From the NCBI GenBank assembly GCA_025455685.1, contig JALOMB010000012.1, positions 1-49,156 on the forward strand: a stretch of 49,156 nt of DNA, read 5' to 3'. Origin of the DNA: Chitinophagales bacterium (lineage in GTDB: Bacteria > Bacteroidota > Bacteroidia > Chitinophagales > JADJOU01). Both the position numbers and the translations under genes were made by a program. Every line of letters begins with the position of its first letter. Position 1 is the first letter of the stretch. The notes beneath the pieces are model-generated. The model was not told where the DNA came from, ran no database searches, and saw only the letters and a program-made list of their open reading frames with translations. Of this stretch, positions 8,735 to 19,010 are shown one piece after another.

Positions 8735-11548
8735 TTAACTTTTTAATAGAAGAGATTCATCTAGGAATTTTCCTGTGATGCTTTTTTTGTTTTTGGCAAT
8801 ATCCCAAGGTGTGCCTGTTGCGACTACTTGTCCGCCTTGGTCACCACCTTCAGGACCCATGTCGATGATATAGTCTGCTTTTAAGATTACTTCTATATTA
8901 TGTTCGATGACGAGCACACTATTGCCTTTTTCTACTAAGCGGTCTAAAACATCAAACAGAATTTCAATGTCTTGAAAATGCAGACCTGTAGTAGGTTCGT
9001 CTAAAATGTATAAGGTGTTTCCAGTGTCTTTTTTGCAGAGTTCGCTTGCAAGTTTGACACGTTGTGCTTCGCCTCCAGATAGCGTAGTGGATGATTGGCC
9101 AAGCTTGATATAGCCTAAACCTACATCATTTAGCGCTTTAATTTTAGAGAATATCGAGGGAATTGATTCGAAGAAATTCATGGCTTCTTCGACAGAGAGA
9201 TTGAGTACATCTGAAATTGAATGAAACTTGTATCGTATATCTAAGGTTTCTTTATTATATCGTTTAGTTTGACAGACGTCACAAGGTACGAGGATATTAG
9301 GAAGGAAGCCCATTTCTACACTCACCATACCGCCTCCCATACATTTTTCACATCGACCTCCTGAGACATTAAAGCTAAATCGTCCAGGCTTAAATCCTCT
9401 GATTTTAGATTCTACAGTATCAGCATATAGCGCTCTAATTGCGTCGAATACTTTGATATAAGTTGCAGGATTTGAGCGAGGGGTTCGACCAATTGGAGAT
9501 TGATCTACATTGATTACTTTGTCAATTTTTTCTATGCCTTTTATCTGATCAAAAGGCAGCGGGAATGTATGGGCATGATAGAGTGATTTAGCCAAATAAG
9601 GGTAGAGGGTGTGATTTATCAATGAGGATTTTCCTGAGCCAGAGACACCTGTGATAAGGCATAAAACACCTTTTGGTATTTTAATATCAATGTTTTTTAA
9701 ATTGTTTCCTTTAGCGCCTGTCAAGGTAATGAATCCATTTGGCTTGCGGTAATGTTCAGGTAATTTTATTTTAACTCTACCGCTTAAATAATTAGCAGTC
9801 GAAGATTTAATTTTGACAAACTCTTTTGGAGCGCCTTGGGCTACTATTTGTCCTCCAAAGCTACCTGCTCCGGGACCAATATCTATAATGTAGTCAGCAG
9901 ACTCCATGATTTCTTTGTCATGCTCTACTACGATTACGGTATTGCCTATGTCTCTGAGGTTTTTCAGTGATTCAATTAATTTTTGATTGTCTCTTTGATG
10001 TAAGCCAATTGATGGTTCATCTAAAATATAGGTAACCCCTTCTAGCTTTGAACCTACTTGTGTAGCGAGTCTAATCCGCTGTGCTTCCCCGCCAGAGAGG
10101 GTTCTGGTCTGTCGATCTAGCGTAAGATACCCTAGTCCCACATCATGCGTAAAAGTGAGTCTATTAGTTATTTCTTCGATAATGTCTTTAGCGATTTTTT
10201 TCTGAGCATCAGATAGTAGATTATTTAGATTTTTAGCCCAATCCAAAGCATTAGCGATATTCATTTGGGTAACTTGCGCTATATTTTTATCGTCTATTTT
10301 AAAATATAATGATTCTTTCTTAAGCCTAGTGCCTTGACAGGTATCACAAGTAGTTGCACTGAGGTAAGTCTCAGCCCATTTCTTGATGCTGGGGGATTGA
10401 GAATTTTTATAATTCTTATATACTAAATTAGCGATATTAGGCATATCTAAATCATTCGGATCGAATTGGCCAGATTCATTGCCAAAAATTATCTGGTTTC
10501 GTTGAGAAAGACTAAGATTCCCAATTGGCGCATTCATATCAATCTTCAGCTTTTTGCATAGTTGTGTTAGGATTTTCCATATACCGGCATCGTTTTGAGC
10601 ACCAAGTGGATCAATTCCTGAATCATTAATGGAAAAATCAAGCTTGAGCATTTTATCTATATCGGGCAAAAGAAACACACCCATTCCTTGACAATTAGGA
10701 CAAGCGCCCGATGGGGAGTTAAATGAAAAAGTATTAGAAGAGGGTTCTGGATAGGAAATTCCATGTTCAATATCCATGAGATTTTTAGAAAAATAAGTAA
10801 ATTCGTTATCTTTATTAAATATTCTCAGTGTAGATTTGTTTTGAGCGAAGGTTTTTTTAATGAGTTCCAAAAGCCTTGGTTCTTTATCTTGGTTTAGCGT
10901 AAATTTATCCAAAACTACATCGATATGATGTATTTTATATCGATCTACTTGCATTTTAGGGACCAATCTCTCAAAGTGACCATCTATCCATACTTCAGTA
11001 TATCCTTTTTTTAGCAATTGCTCAAATAGCTCTCTGTAATGGCCTTTTCTCGCTACTATAAGTGGAAGGGTAATGGTAATTTTTTGATGTATAAATTTTT
11101 CTATAATTTTTTGTGCAATTTGTGATTCATTGAATTTTTCCATAGGTTTTCCTGATAAATAGGAGTATGGCGTAGCTACTTTAGCAAAGAGCAAACGAAG
11201 AAAATCATATACTTCTGTAATCGTACCTACAGTAGAACGTGGATTTTTATTGACTGTTTTCTGTTCTATACTTATGACAGGGCTTAGTCCTGTGATTTGA
11301 TCGACGTCAGGGCGTTCGATACCTCCGATAAACTGCCGCGCATAAGTCGAGAAACTTTCTAAATATCTACGTTGCCCTTCACGATATATGGTTTCAAAGG
11401 CAAGAGAACTTTTGCCACTCCCACTGATACCTGTGATGACAGTGAGTTTGTTTTTGGGGATTTTGACGACAATGTCTTTTAAATTATGCTCTCTAGCTCC
11501 TGTTATTTCTATATAATCAAAAGGACTATGACTCAGAGAATTTTTCAT
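8735..11548 (-). CDS. uvrA: Excinuclease ABC subunit A
   Basis: Two ABC cassettes (GISGSGKSS, GVSGSGKSS, LSGGEAQR twice), CxxC zinc fingers, GRTPRSNP. Confidence 0.98.
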   Translation of the reverse strand: MKNSLSHSPFDYIEITGAREHNLKDIVVKIPKNKLTVITGISGSGKSSLAFETIYREGQRRYLESFSTYARQFIGGIERPDVDQITGLSPVISIEQKTVNKNPRSTVGTITEVYDFLRLLFAKVATPYSYLSGKPMEKFNESQIAQKIIEKFIHQKITITLPLIVARKGHYRELFEQLLKKGYTEVWIDGHFERLVPKMQVDRYKIHHIDVVLDKFTLNQDKEPRLLELIKKTFAQNKSTLRIFNKDNEFTYFSKNLMDIEHGISYPEPSSNTFSFNSPSGACPNCQGMGVFLLPDIDKMLKLDFSINDSGIDPLGAQNDAGIWKILTQLCKKLKIDMNAPIGNLSLSQRNQIIFGNESGQFDPNDLDMPNIANLVYKNYKNSQSPSIKKWAETYLSATTCDTCQGTRLKKESLYFKIDDKNIAQVTQMNIANALDWAKNLNNLLSDAQKKIAKDIIEEITNRLTFTHDVGLGYLTLDRQTRTLSGGEAQRIRLATQVGSKLEGVTYILDEPSIGLHQRDNQKLIESLKNLRDIGNTVIVVEHDKEIMESADYIIDIGPGAGSFGGQIVAQGAPKEFVKIKSSTANYLSGRVKIKLPEHYRKPNGFITLTGAKGNNLKNIDIKIPKGVLCLITGVSGSGKSSLINHTLYPYLAKSLYHAHTFPLPFDQIKGIEKIDKVINVDQSPIGRTPRSNPATYIKVFDAIRALYADTVESKIRGFKPGRFSFNVSGGRCEKCMGGGMVSVEMGFLPNILVPCDVCQTKRYNKETLDIRYKFHSISDVLNLSVEEAMNFFESIPSIFSKIKALNDVGLGYIKLGQSSTTLSGGEAQRVKLASELCKKDTGNTLYILDEPTTGLHFQDIEILFDVLDRLVEKGNSVLVIEHNIEVILKADYIIDMGPEGGDQGGQVVATGTPWDIAKNKKSITGKFLDESLLLKS

Positions 11549-11573
11549 GTATAATTCTGGGAAGTTCTATTTG

Positions 11574-13361
11574 TTAACCGTTCATAGATTTGAGAAACTC
11601 TTCGTTGTCCTTGGTGTTTTTTATGTTGTTGAGTATGAATTTCATGGATTCATCAGAAGTCATATCATTCATGTGGGCTCTAAGTATATTGACGCGCTGA
11701 AGGGTATCTCGGTGTATGAGCAAATCGTCTTTTCGGGTAGAAGATTGGACTAAATCAATAGCAGGATAAACCCTTTTATTAGATAGCTTTCTATCTAATT
11801 GAAGCTCCATATTTCCAGTTCCTTTAAATTCTTCGAAAATTACTTCATCCATTCTAGAGCCCGTATCGACTAGGGCTGTAGCTATAACTGTGAGGGAGCC
11901 GCCATTTTCAATATTTCTCGCTGCTCCGAAGAATTGCTTTGGTTTTTGCATTGCGTTTGCTTCAACACCGCCCGAAAGCACTTTTCCGGATGAAGGTGCT
12001 ACGGTATTATAGGCTCGAGCAAGTCTCGTAAGAGAATCCATAAGAATTACTACATCCATGCCTGATTCAACGAGTCTTTTAGATTTTTGCAACACCAAAT
12101 TAGATACTTTGACATGTCTATCTGCTGGCTCATCGAAGGTAGAAGCAATAACTTCTGCCTTTACCGAGCGCTGCATATCCGTAACTTCTTCGGGACGCTC
12201 ATCTATGAGTAATACAATGAGATAAACTTCAGGGTGATTTGTAGCAATAGAATTGGCTAAATCTTTTAGAATAGTGGTTTTACCAACTTTTGGTTGAGCG
12301 ACTATCATACCACGCTGACCCTTACCTATAGGACAAAACAAATCCATAATACGCCCGGTGTAGTTTTGAGTCGTACTTAGATTGAATTTTTCATTTGGGA
12401 AGAGTGGCGTCAAATAATCAAAGGGAATTCTATCCTTGACTAAATCTGGATCTAATCCGTTGATTTTTATAACTTTGTGAAGTGCAAAATATCGTTCGCC
12501 TTCTTTTGGTGGACGAATAGTACAAAGAACCGTATCACCAGTCTTTAAACCAAAGGTTTTAATTATAGCTTGACCGACAAAGACATCATCAGGCGATGGA
12601 AGATAGTTATAATCAGAAGACCTTAAAAACCCATAGTTATCTGAGGTCATTTCCAAAATTCCCTCCGCCGTAACTTTACCTTCTAAATGCTCCAATACTT
12701 TTGCTTTAATTTCATGGAGCATTCTTTGTTGCTCTTGCAACTGAAGCTGAGCTTGTCTTTGAGCTTCCTTATTGATTTGATCCTGAGAAATGGCCAAGGG
12801 ACTTGTATTCGATTCTAGGGTGTTGGTTTCTTCAGGCTTAACTAGATGATTATTTGATTGATTTTCTAATAAATCATCTGTTTTCTCTTGAGTTTTTTTG
12901 TCCTTATGGGTAAATTTGTTTTTTTGTTTGATCTTATTTCTTGCATCAATGTTTACTGCATTTGTTTGATAATCATGAATCAAAGTCTGCGTTTCATTTT
13001 CTATTGTTTTATCAATTGTAATAACATTTGATGTGGTTTCTTGCTTATTTTCTATGAGGTCGAGCAAAGTAGCTTCTTCTACTTTTGCTTTAGGTTTACG
13101 TCCTCTTTTTTTAGGGATATTATTATTGATTTCCTCTGTATTTATAGGTTCCTCAACGCTATCATTTTTTGTGTCGATAGTTTTTTCTTTGAAACGCTCT
13201 TTTAACTCATTAGGAATTAGATTAAGCGGTTTCTTGGGTGTCAAGGCTTTTGGATTTTCATTTGATAGTCCATCAGAGTTCTTAAGAATAGTTTTGTTAT
13301 TGGAAGTTTTGGCAATGCGCTTTCTTTTGCCTGATGAATCATTTAAATCAGAGAATGACAT
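11574..13361 (-). CDS. rho: Transcription termination factor Rho with long disordered N-terminus
   Basis: [52 protein letters not shown]. Confidence 0.97.
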   Translation of the reverse strand: MSFSDLNDSSGKRKRIAKTSNNKTILKNSDGLSNENPKALTPKKPLNLIPNELKERFKEKTIDTKNDSVEEPINTEEINNNIPKKRGRKPKAKVEEATLLDLIENKQETTSNVITIDKTIENETQTLIHDYQTNAVNIDARNKIKQKNKFTHKDKKTQEKTDDLLENQSNNHLVKPEETNTLESNTSPLAISQDQINKEAQRQAQLQLQEQQRMLHEIKAKVLEHLEGKVTAEGILEMTSDNYGFLRSSDYNYLPSPDDVFVGQAIIKTFGLKTGDTVLCTIRPPKEGERYFALHKVIKINGLDPDLVKDRIPFDYLTPLFPNEKFNLSTTQNYTGRIMDLFCPIGKGQRGMIVAQPKVGKTTILKDLANSIATNHPEVYLIVLLIDERPEEVTDMQRSVKAEVIASTFDEPADRHVKVSNLVLQKSKRLVESGMDVVILMDSLTRLARAYNTVAPSSGKVLSGGVEANAMQKPKQFFGAARNIENGGSLTVIATALVDTGSRMDEVIFEEFKGTGNMELQLDRKLSNKRVYPAIDLVQSSTRKDDLLIHRDTLQRVNILRAHMNDMTSDESMKFILNNIKNTKDNEEFLKSMNG

Positions 13362-13471
13362 AAGAAGTATTGAATTTAATTAAAAAAGTAATATATTTAA
13401 TATTTGCAGAAAATCAAGAAATAATATGGAACAAGAAAATTAAACAGCAAGCTGTTTTTTAGAATTGAGTG

Positions 13472-13479
13472 CAAATATA
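13472..13479 (-). promoter_or_regulatory. -7 promoter element of rho (TATATTTG)
   Basis: TATATTTGCA on the minus strand, about 110 nt upstream of the rho ATG. Confidence 0.6.
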
Positions 13480-13524
13480 TATAAAAAAAAACATTTGAAC
13501 TTTAAAAATTTATTTTCAAACTTA

Positions 13525-14868
13525 TTATAAATTTAATTCAATAATTTGATTCGCTTTGATTTCAAATGATTTTTCAAAAGTAGATTTTTGTGAAAAGCTT
13601 TTTTTGCTTCGATATATGACTTTGTATTTTCCTTGAGGTAAATAAAAAAGCTCTTGATTTCGATCTGTCAAGGAAACTAATCTTTCTAAATTTCCTTGAT
13701 CTCTATAGATGTCCGCATAGACTTTATAATCTTTGTATAATCTTATAGCGCCTATATCTTTTATGTTTAACGTAAGGCTTTGTCCTTTTTGGATCTGAAA
13801 ATCTATAAAAGGCAGTCCAGGTATATCAGTTATCATGCGATAGCCTCCATCGAGCAAAAATACAGAGTCTCTTTTGTCACTAAAAAATATAGGTTGATCT
13901 TCATACAAAATTTGATAGTTTATTTTTTGATCTAAAAAAGTCGGCAGCTCAATATAGACCCTATTTATAGGCAAATACATAGATAATTGATGAAACTTTC
14001 CTCCTTGTAAGTCAAACTCTTTTGTGGTTTCATAAGGTAGCGTAGCTACAGATACCTTGATCTTAGGCACGTGCTTCATCGTAAATGTATCGGGTAAATT
14101 AGAGGCTTTATGAATATGATGAATTGATTGCATTAAAATGGAGTCATTGGGTTCAGATATACTAAAGGCGATATCGGTAAAACTATTAACTGTTAATGGA
14201 TTTTTTAAATTTAAGGATAATCGATTCATATTGAGCATAGATTTGAACTTAGATTTTAGTTCTGCTTCCAAATCTAACTCAGAGCGAATATTGACTACCT
14301 CACCGATACAGTCTATTTTTTTGAGTTCAAATTCACTCAATCCTAATCCGAAAACTAACGGCTTAACATCTATTCGGTAATCAATGAGCTTCTCTACAAT
14401 AGCACAAGGATTTACTGCAGGACAGCTTTCTACTCCGTCTGTAATAAGAACTAATATATTTTGCTCAGAAAAACAACCTAGATCATTAGATGCCTGCTCC
14501 AAAGCATAAGTCAAAGGTGTTTGACCTTGACATTTAATAGTTTGAAGTTTCTTTTCTATCATGACTGCAGAATTATATTCTATAGGCACTTCGAGATAAG
14601 AATCTTCACAATCATTTGCAGAAACAGGACTTCTCGAGCCATATACCCTGAGCCCAACTTTAGCTTTATATTGAAGTTGTATTTCTCTACTAAGTTTAGC
14701 GACAATTCTACGAGTGGCTTCCCACATCGTCTTATTCTTCCAAGTTTGATTCATAGAATGAGATGCATCTAACACAAAGAGAACGCGATAGTCATTTTCT
14801 TCACAGAGCTGTGCCTGACCGGAAAAAAGCAAAAGTTGTAACCCTAGAAATACAAATCGCTTCTTCAT
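13525..14868 (-). CDS. Secreted von Willebrand factor A domain protein
   Basis: Signal peptide, MIDAS motif LDASHS...GQTP...ITDG, beta-rich C-terminal half. Confidence 0.85.
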   Translation of the reverse strand: MKKRFVFLGLQLLLFSGQAQLCEENDYRVLFVLDASHSMNQTWKNKTMWEATRRIVAKLSREIQLQYKAKVGLRVYGSRSPVSANDCEDSYLEVPIEYNSAVMIEKKLQTIKCQGQTPLTYALEQASNDLGCFSEQNILVLITDGVESCPAVNPCAIVEKLIDYRIDVKPLVFGLGLSEFELKKIDCIGEVVNIRSELDLEAELKSKFKSMLNMNRLSLNLKNPLTVNSFTDIAFSISEPNDSILMQSIHHIHKASNLPDTFTMKHVPKIKVSVATLPYETTKEFDLQGGKFHQLSMYLPINRVYIELPTFLDQKINYQILYEDQPIFFSDKRDSVFLLDGGYRMITDIPGLPFIDFQIQKGQSLTLNIKDIGAIRLYKDYKVYADIYRDQGNLERLVSLTDRNQELFYLPQGKYKVIYRSKKSFSQKSTFEKSFEIKANQIIELNL

Positions 14869-16172
14869 AATTCGAAACTTAAAATTTCTAATGCATTACA
14901 ACTAAACTTTTTTATTTTAGTATATTTGCTATGGTCTTTCTTAAGCTTGTACCAAATATTTGAATTTCCTGAAGGTGTCATGAACATATGAATGCCTTTA
15001 TCAATGGTTTTTTGAAGGATAAGGTCTTTTTCGTGAAAAATGGAGAGAATAGATTCACTCGGAATTTTTAGTTTTAAGAAACATGGTTCTTTTTCTTTTA
15101 TCAAAGATAAGTCTCTATGTGACTTTAGGATTTTTGGATCTTGATAATAATCCAAGATTTGGTGGGTCAAAATAGATTCTGAACTTTGGATAAGCGTCAA
15201 ATATTGGAATGAAGGCGCTTGAAGCTTTTTCATATTTTTATCATAGTACCAGGCTTTTTTATGTAAGTCGAAGCTATCCTTGAGTATTAAGGTATATGAA
15301 AAATCCTGATGGGTGTCTCTAATGTATTTTATATTTGGAATATCTATAGCAGGATAGACGTGAATTTTTAATCCATAATCCAATTGAGAATTGATCCATA
15401 ACGTATCTAAGTGATTTTTGGAAGCAGAGATATAGGTGTTAATATCTTCACCTGTATGAGTATTATAGAGGGTAAATGGGATGTTTGGAATAATTTGTTT
15501 TGCAGAATCATAAAATTGAATAGTCATGGAGGTTTTTTTGGTCGCTTGACTCACAATTTTAGTGAGTTTAGTTTTGAAGTCTTTTTCATCGTTTGCATTG
15601 ATGAAGGTGCCTATACAAGTTAAGTATTTCGCAGTAATAGAATCGACAGAAAATCCAAGAATATATGGGGAAACTATGATTTTTTTCTTAGTTAGCGCCT
15701 CTGATACAGCACAGGGATCCCCTTGGCAGGTTTCTCGACCGTCTGTGACTAAAATTAAAATATTCTGTTGGTTTTTTTTAGAGTTGAAGTCTTGCTCTGA
15801 TGAGGTCAAAGCATAAGCAATAGGTGTTTGACCTAGCGGTTTAATCTTGGACAATGAGTCCAAAACTTCATTTGTAGTGAAACTATTATTGAAGTCCAAT
15901 ATTAACTTTGAATCATCACATCGATTCTGATTCTTGTGATATTGATGTCCGAGTAAACGCACTGCGTATAAGGTATTGGTATTTTTTTCTAAAACAGAGT
16001 CAATTAAATGATTGATCGTCTGTATGGCAATGTCGAATTTAGACTGAGCACCTATTTTTTCTTTCATAGATCCAGAACAATCTAGAACAAATAAAATTTT
16101 CTTAGTGAAGTCTTGTTGCGCGTGCCCTAAAACCCAAAAACCAAGAAGCCAAAATGTTACTAATATTTTCAA
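14865..16172 (-). CDS. Secreted von Willebrand factor A domain protein (start corrected to TTG at 16172)
   Basis: MIDAS motif LDCSGS...GQTP...VTDG. TTG at 16172 overlaps the transketolase stop (TTGA) and gives signal peptide MKILVTFWLLGFWVLGHA. Confidence 0.82.
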   Translation of the reverse strand: MKILVTFWLLGFWVLGHAQQDFTKKILFVLDCSGSMKEKIGAQSKFDIAIQTINHLIDSVLEKNTNTLYAVRLLGHQYHKNQNRCDDSKLILDFNNSFTTNEVLDSLSKIKPLGQTPIAYALTSSEQDFNSKKNQQNILILVTDGRETCQGDPCAVSEALTKKKIIVSPYILGFSVDSITAKYLTCIGTFINANDEKDFKTKLTKIVSQATKKTSMTIQFYDSAKQIIPNIPFTLYNTHTGEDINTYISASKNHLDTLWINSQLDYGLKIHVYPAIDIPNIKYIRDTHQDFSYTLILKDSFDLHKKAWYYDKNMKKLQAPSFQYLTLIQSSESILTHQILDYYQDPKILKSHRDLSLIKEKEPCFLKLKIPSESILSIFHEKDLILQKTIDKGIHMFMTPSGNSNIWYKLKKDHSKYTKIKKFSCNALEILSFEL

Positions 16173-17014
16173 TAATCTAATAAATCTGAAGGTAACTGAT
16201 TCATTGCTGATTCGAACTGAGCTTGGTTTGGAGCATTTCCATGCCATTTGTGACTGTTTTCCATATAGTCCACGCCTTTGCCCATTACGGTGTGTAGTAA
16301 TACACAAACAGGTTGATTTTGCTTAGCTTTGATAGATTTTAAACGTGCAGTGACTAAGTCATAATCATTGGCATCAGTTATGATTTCTACTTCCCATCCG
16401 AAACTTTTCCATTTTTCAGCCAAATCTCTATTATTCATTACATCTTGTGTCCTGCCATCGATTTGAATACCATTGACATCGATCATCGCTATGAGATTAT
16501 CGAGTTTATGATGTGCCGCAAAACTCGCTGCTTCCCATATTTGCCCTTCTTGTTGTTCCCCATCACCCATCAGGACGAAAACTTTATTTTTTTCATGGGC
16601 CAATCTTTTGGCTAAGGCTGCACCAGCAGCGACAGAAAGCCCTTGACCTAAAGAGCCTGAAGCAACCCGAACCCCTGGTAAATGCTCATAAGGCGTAGGA
16701 TGACCCTGTAGTCTTGAATTGATTTGTCTAAAAGTAGCTAACTCCCGCACCTCAAAATATCCAATACGAGCTAATACACTATACCAAACAGGTGAAATGT
16801 GACCATTTGATAGGAAAAACATATCCTCATTTTGCCCATTCATTCGAAATTCTGAATGTAAATCCATGACGTCTAAATACAAACTCACTAATGTTTCAAC
16901 ACAACCAAGTGAACCGCCAGGATGACCAGATTTAGCTTCATAAACCATACGTACGATATCCCTTCTTACTTGCTGCGCAAGAGTTTTAGGAGAAATTTCA
17001 ATGTTTTTTGTCAT
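16169..17014 (-). CDS. Transketolase, N-terminal TPP-binding subunit
   Basis: SGHPGGSLG, LSNGH, RLQGHP, GSLGQG, MGDGEQQEGQIWEA. At 281 aa it is the split-type N-half. Confidence 0.93.
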   Translation of the reverse strand: MTKNIEISPKTLAQQVRRDIVRMVYEAKSGHPGGSLGCVETLVSLYLDVMDLHSEFRMNGQNEDMFFLSNGHISPVWYSVLARIGYFEVRELATFRQINSRLQGHPTPYEHLPGVRVASGSLGQGLSVAAGAALAKRLAHEKNKVFVLMGDGEQQEGQIWEAASFAAHHKLDNLIAMIDVNGIQIDGRTQDVMNNRDLAEKWKSFGWEVEIITDANDYDLVTARLKSIKAKQNQPVCVLLHTVMGKGVDYMENSHKWHGNAPNQAQFESAMNQLPSDLLDY

Positions 17015-17097
17015 TTCTTTAAACTTTTAAACTTTTTATTTGTTCTAAAAGATACAAAGATGTGAAAACTTTTTTTATTTTATTAAAAAAAATACAC

Positions 17098-17105
17098 TAT
17101 TTTTG
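17098..17105 (+). promoter_or_regulatory. -7 promoter element (TATTTTTG)
   Basis: TAnnTTTG 17 nt upstream of the ATG at 17123, in a divergent gap. Confidence 0.55.
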
Positions 17106-17122
17106 TTCAAATTTATATTCTT

Positions 17123-17443
17123 ATGAAAGCGGTCAATAATTTTTTTTCGGTAGTTTTTTTTGTTTTTATATTAAATACGTCACTTATCGCTAACGATGAA
17201 GGCAAACATATTCCCAAAAAAGAATCAGCTATTCAATTTCCGCTAAAAATAACTGATTTAAATGTTTACTCTGTGTCATTGATTAGAATGTTTAGTCAGG
17301 CTAATGAGATCAAAACAAATAGATTTATCGATTTAAAACTCAAAAATCATAGCTTAAGGTTCAAGAATATTTCCGAAGACCAAAGCATTTGGATCGTTAA
17401 AAATAAAGAATACCAAAAAATCAAGCCGCTTGGACAGTTCTGA
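17123..17443 (+). CDS. Hypothetical exported protein
   Basis: 106-aa ORF with signal-peptide-like N-terminus, upstream promoter, 9 nt before recO. Confidence 0.6.
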   Translation: MKAVNNFFSVVFFVFILNTSLIANDEGKHIPKKESAIQFPLKITDLNVYSVSLIRMFSQANEIKTNRFIDLKLKNHSLRFKNISEDQSIWIVKNKEYQKIKPLGQF

Positions 17444-17452
17444 TAAAGCATC

Positions 17453-18115
17453 ATGTATTGCAAGGACATTGGCTTAGTCATTCAAAATACAAAGTTTTCT
17501 GATACTTCTTTAATCATCAAAGTTTTTACCAGAACCTATGGTTTGTTGAGCTTTATGGTTAAGTCTGCTCGAAGTCAAAAATCAAAAAATGCTTCAGTGC
17601 TCCTCAAGCCTATGAATATACTCTCTATAAGTTTTATTTATAGAGAATCGAGAAATCTCCAAACCATCAGCGAGTTTAATGGAGATTGGTCTATATATCA
17701 TATAGCAGACTTTGAAATGATTATGCAATTGGTCTGGATCAATGAACTATTGCAACAAATCTTTAAGGAAGCTTATTATCAGGATTCACAGCTATTTGAT
17801 TTTATAGAATCTGAACTAAAAATGTCACAATCAAAAAAGGACAAATATTTTTATATTAGTTTTACATTAAGGTTATTGCAGCATTTTGGACTCTTGTCTC
17901 CTTCAGCGGCACAAGTCACTTCTGAGCTCATGCTCACGCCACGCTACCTTTCCATTCTAGAATCTTTGCTTGAGCCAAACAGCGAAATTTACCAAATAGA
18001 ACCTGAAGATAAAAAAACTATTGTTGAAGCGCTTAAAAAAGTCTTGGCTCAACAATTAAACATCTCTCCTAAAATGTGGTCGGAATCTATATTTAATCAA
18101 ATAATTTTGACTTGA
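17453..18115 (+). CDS. recO: DNA repair protein RecO
   Basis: N-terminal OB fold GLVIQNTKFSDTSLIIKVFTRTYGLLSFMVKSAR...LKPM. C-terminal half is divergent. Confidence 0.85.
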   Translation: MYCKDIGLVIQNTKFSDTSLIIKVFTRTYGLLSFMVKSARSQKSKNASVLLKPMNILSISFIYRESRNLQTISEFNGDWSIYHIADFEMIMQLVWINELLQQIFKEAYYQDSQLFDFIESELKMSQSKKDKYFYISFTLRLLQHFGLLSPSAAQVTSELMLTPRYLSILESLLEPNSEIYQIEPEDKKTIVEALKKVLAQQLNISPKMWSESIFNQIILT

Positions 18116-18155
18116 AAAAAAAATATTGGTTATTTTTGAATAAAATTTAGGGCAT

Positions 18156-19010
18156 ATGAAAATTCACAATTGGTTACTTTTTAGTTTTGTCTTTTTCTTC
18201 GTAATGAGCTGTACAGAAGAAGTTGAGAAGTCAAGTAGCTTCACAAACAATAAATTAAGGGATACGACTTATATCAATCAATCTGTAGGTCCTGCTCAGG
18301 AAAAAGTAGCACTTTTAGAAGAGTTTACAGGAGTTACTTGCATCAATTGTCCCAATGCACATACTAAAATAAAAGAGTTGATTGGGATCTATGGCGCACA
18401 ACTTGCTGTCATCAGTATTCATAATCAAGATGCCTTCACTAATCCAATAAAAGACACAGATCCTGCGCTCTATAACGAATACGCCAATGCTATTGGTACT
18501 TTCTTCGGGTCACCAGCCAAGCCAAGTGGTGGAGTAGATAGAGTTAAGAACGCCAATGGCTCCCTTGTTTTCGGCTTGTCAGACTGGCAGAGTCTCATCG
18601 AAGAAAGACTTCAAGTAGCCCCAAAGATTAATTTATCTCTTGAAAAGTTAAGTTCAACTGAATTTCCTTTAGTCAAAGCTAAAATTGAGTTTACTGAAAG
18701 CATAGATGCACCTGTTAACTATACTTTGGCTCTAGTAGAAAACAAAATCAAAGCAGCACAAAAATTTCCTAATAAAACAGAATATGATTATTATCATTAT
18801 GAAGTACTTAGAAAGATATACACTAATAAATTAGGCACACCGCTATCAAGGGTTAACGGAATATTTGAAAAAGGAAGAACGTTTGAATTCACCTTACAAA
18901 CTGAATTAGACAATACATGGCAACAGGACGAACTCTATTATGTCCTTTTCGTAACTAATGAAAACACAAAAGAAGTTATTCAAGCCCTCCAAATTCCTTT
19001 TAAATCATGA
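18156..19010 (+). CDS. Omp28-related outer membrane lipoprotein (thioredoxin-like CxxC)
   Basis: Lipobox VMS-C, LLEEFTGVTCINCP, VISIH, YYHYEVLR. Confidence 0.88.
   Translation: MKIHNWLLFSFVFFFVMSCTEEVEKSSSFTNNKLRDTTYINQSVGPAQEKVALLEEFTGVTCINCPNAHTKIKELIGIYGAQLAVISIHNQDAFTNPIKDTDPALYNEYANAIGTFFGSPAKPSGGVDRVKNANGSLVFGLSDWQSLIEERLQVAPKINLSLEKLSSTEFPLVKAKIEFTESIDAPVNYTLALVENKIKAAQKFPNKTEYDYYHYEVLRKIYTNKLGTPLSRVNGIFEKGRTFEFTLQTELDNTWQQDELYYVLFVTNENTKEVIQALQIPFKS

Noticed and set aside
16173-16307. Longer N-terminus of the vWA ORF given in the track
   Set aside because: It overlaps transketolase by about 139 nt. The TTG at 16172 gives a proper signal peptide
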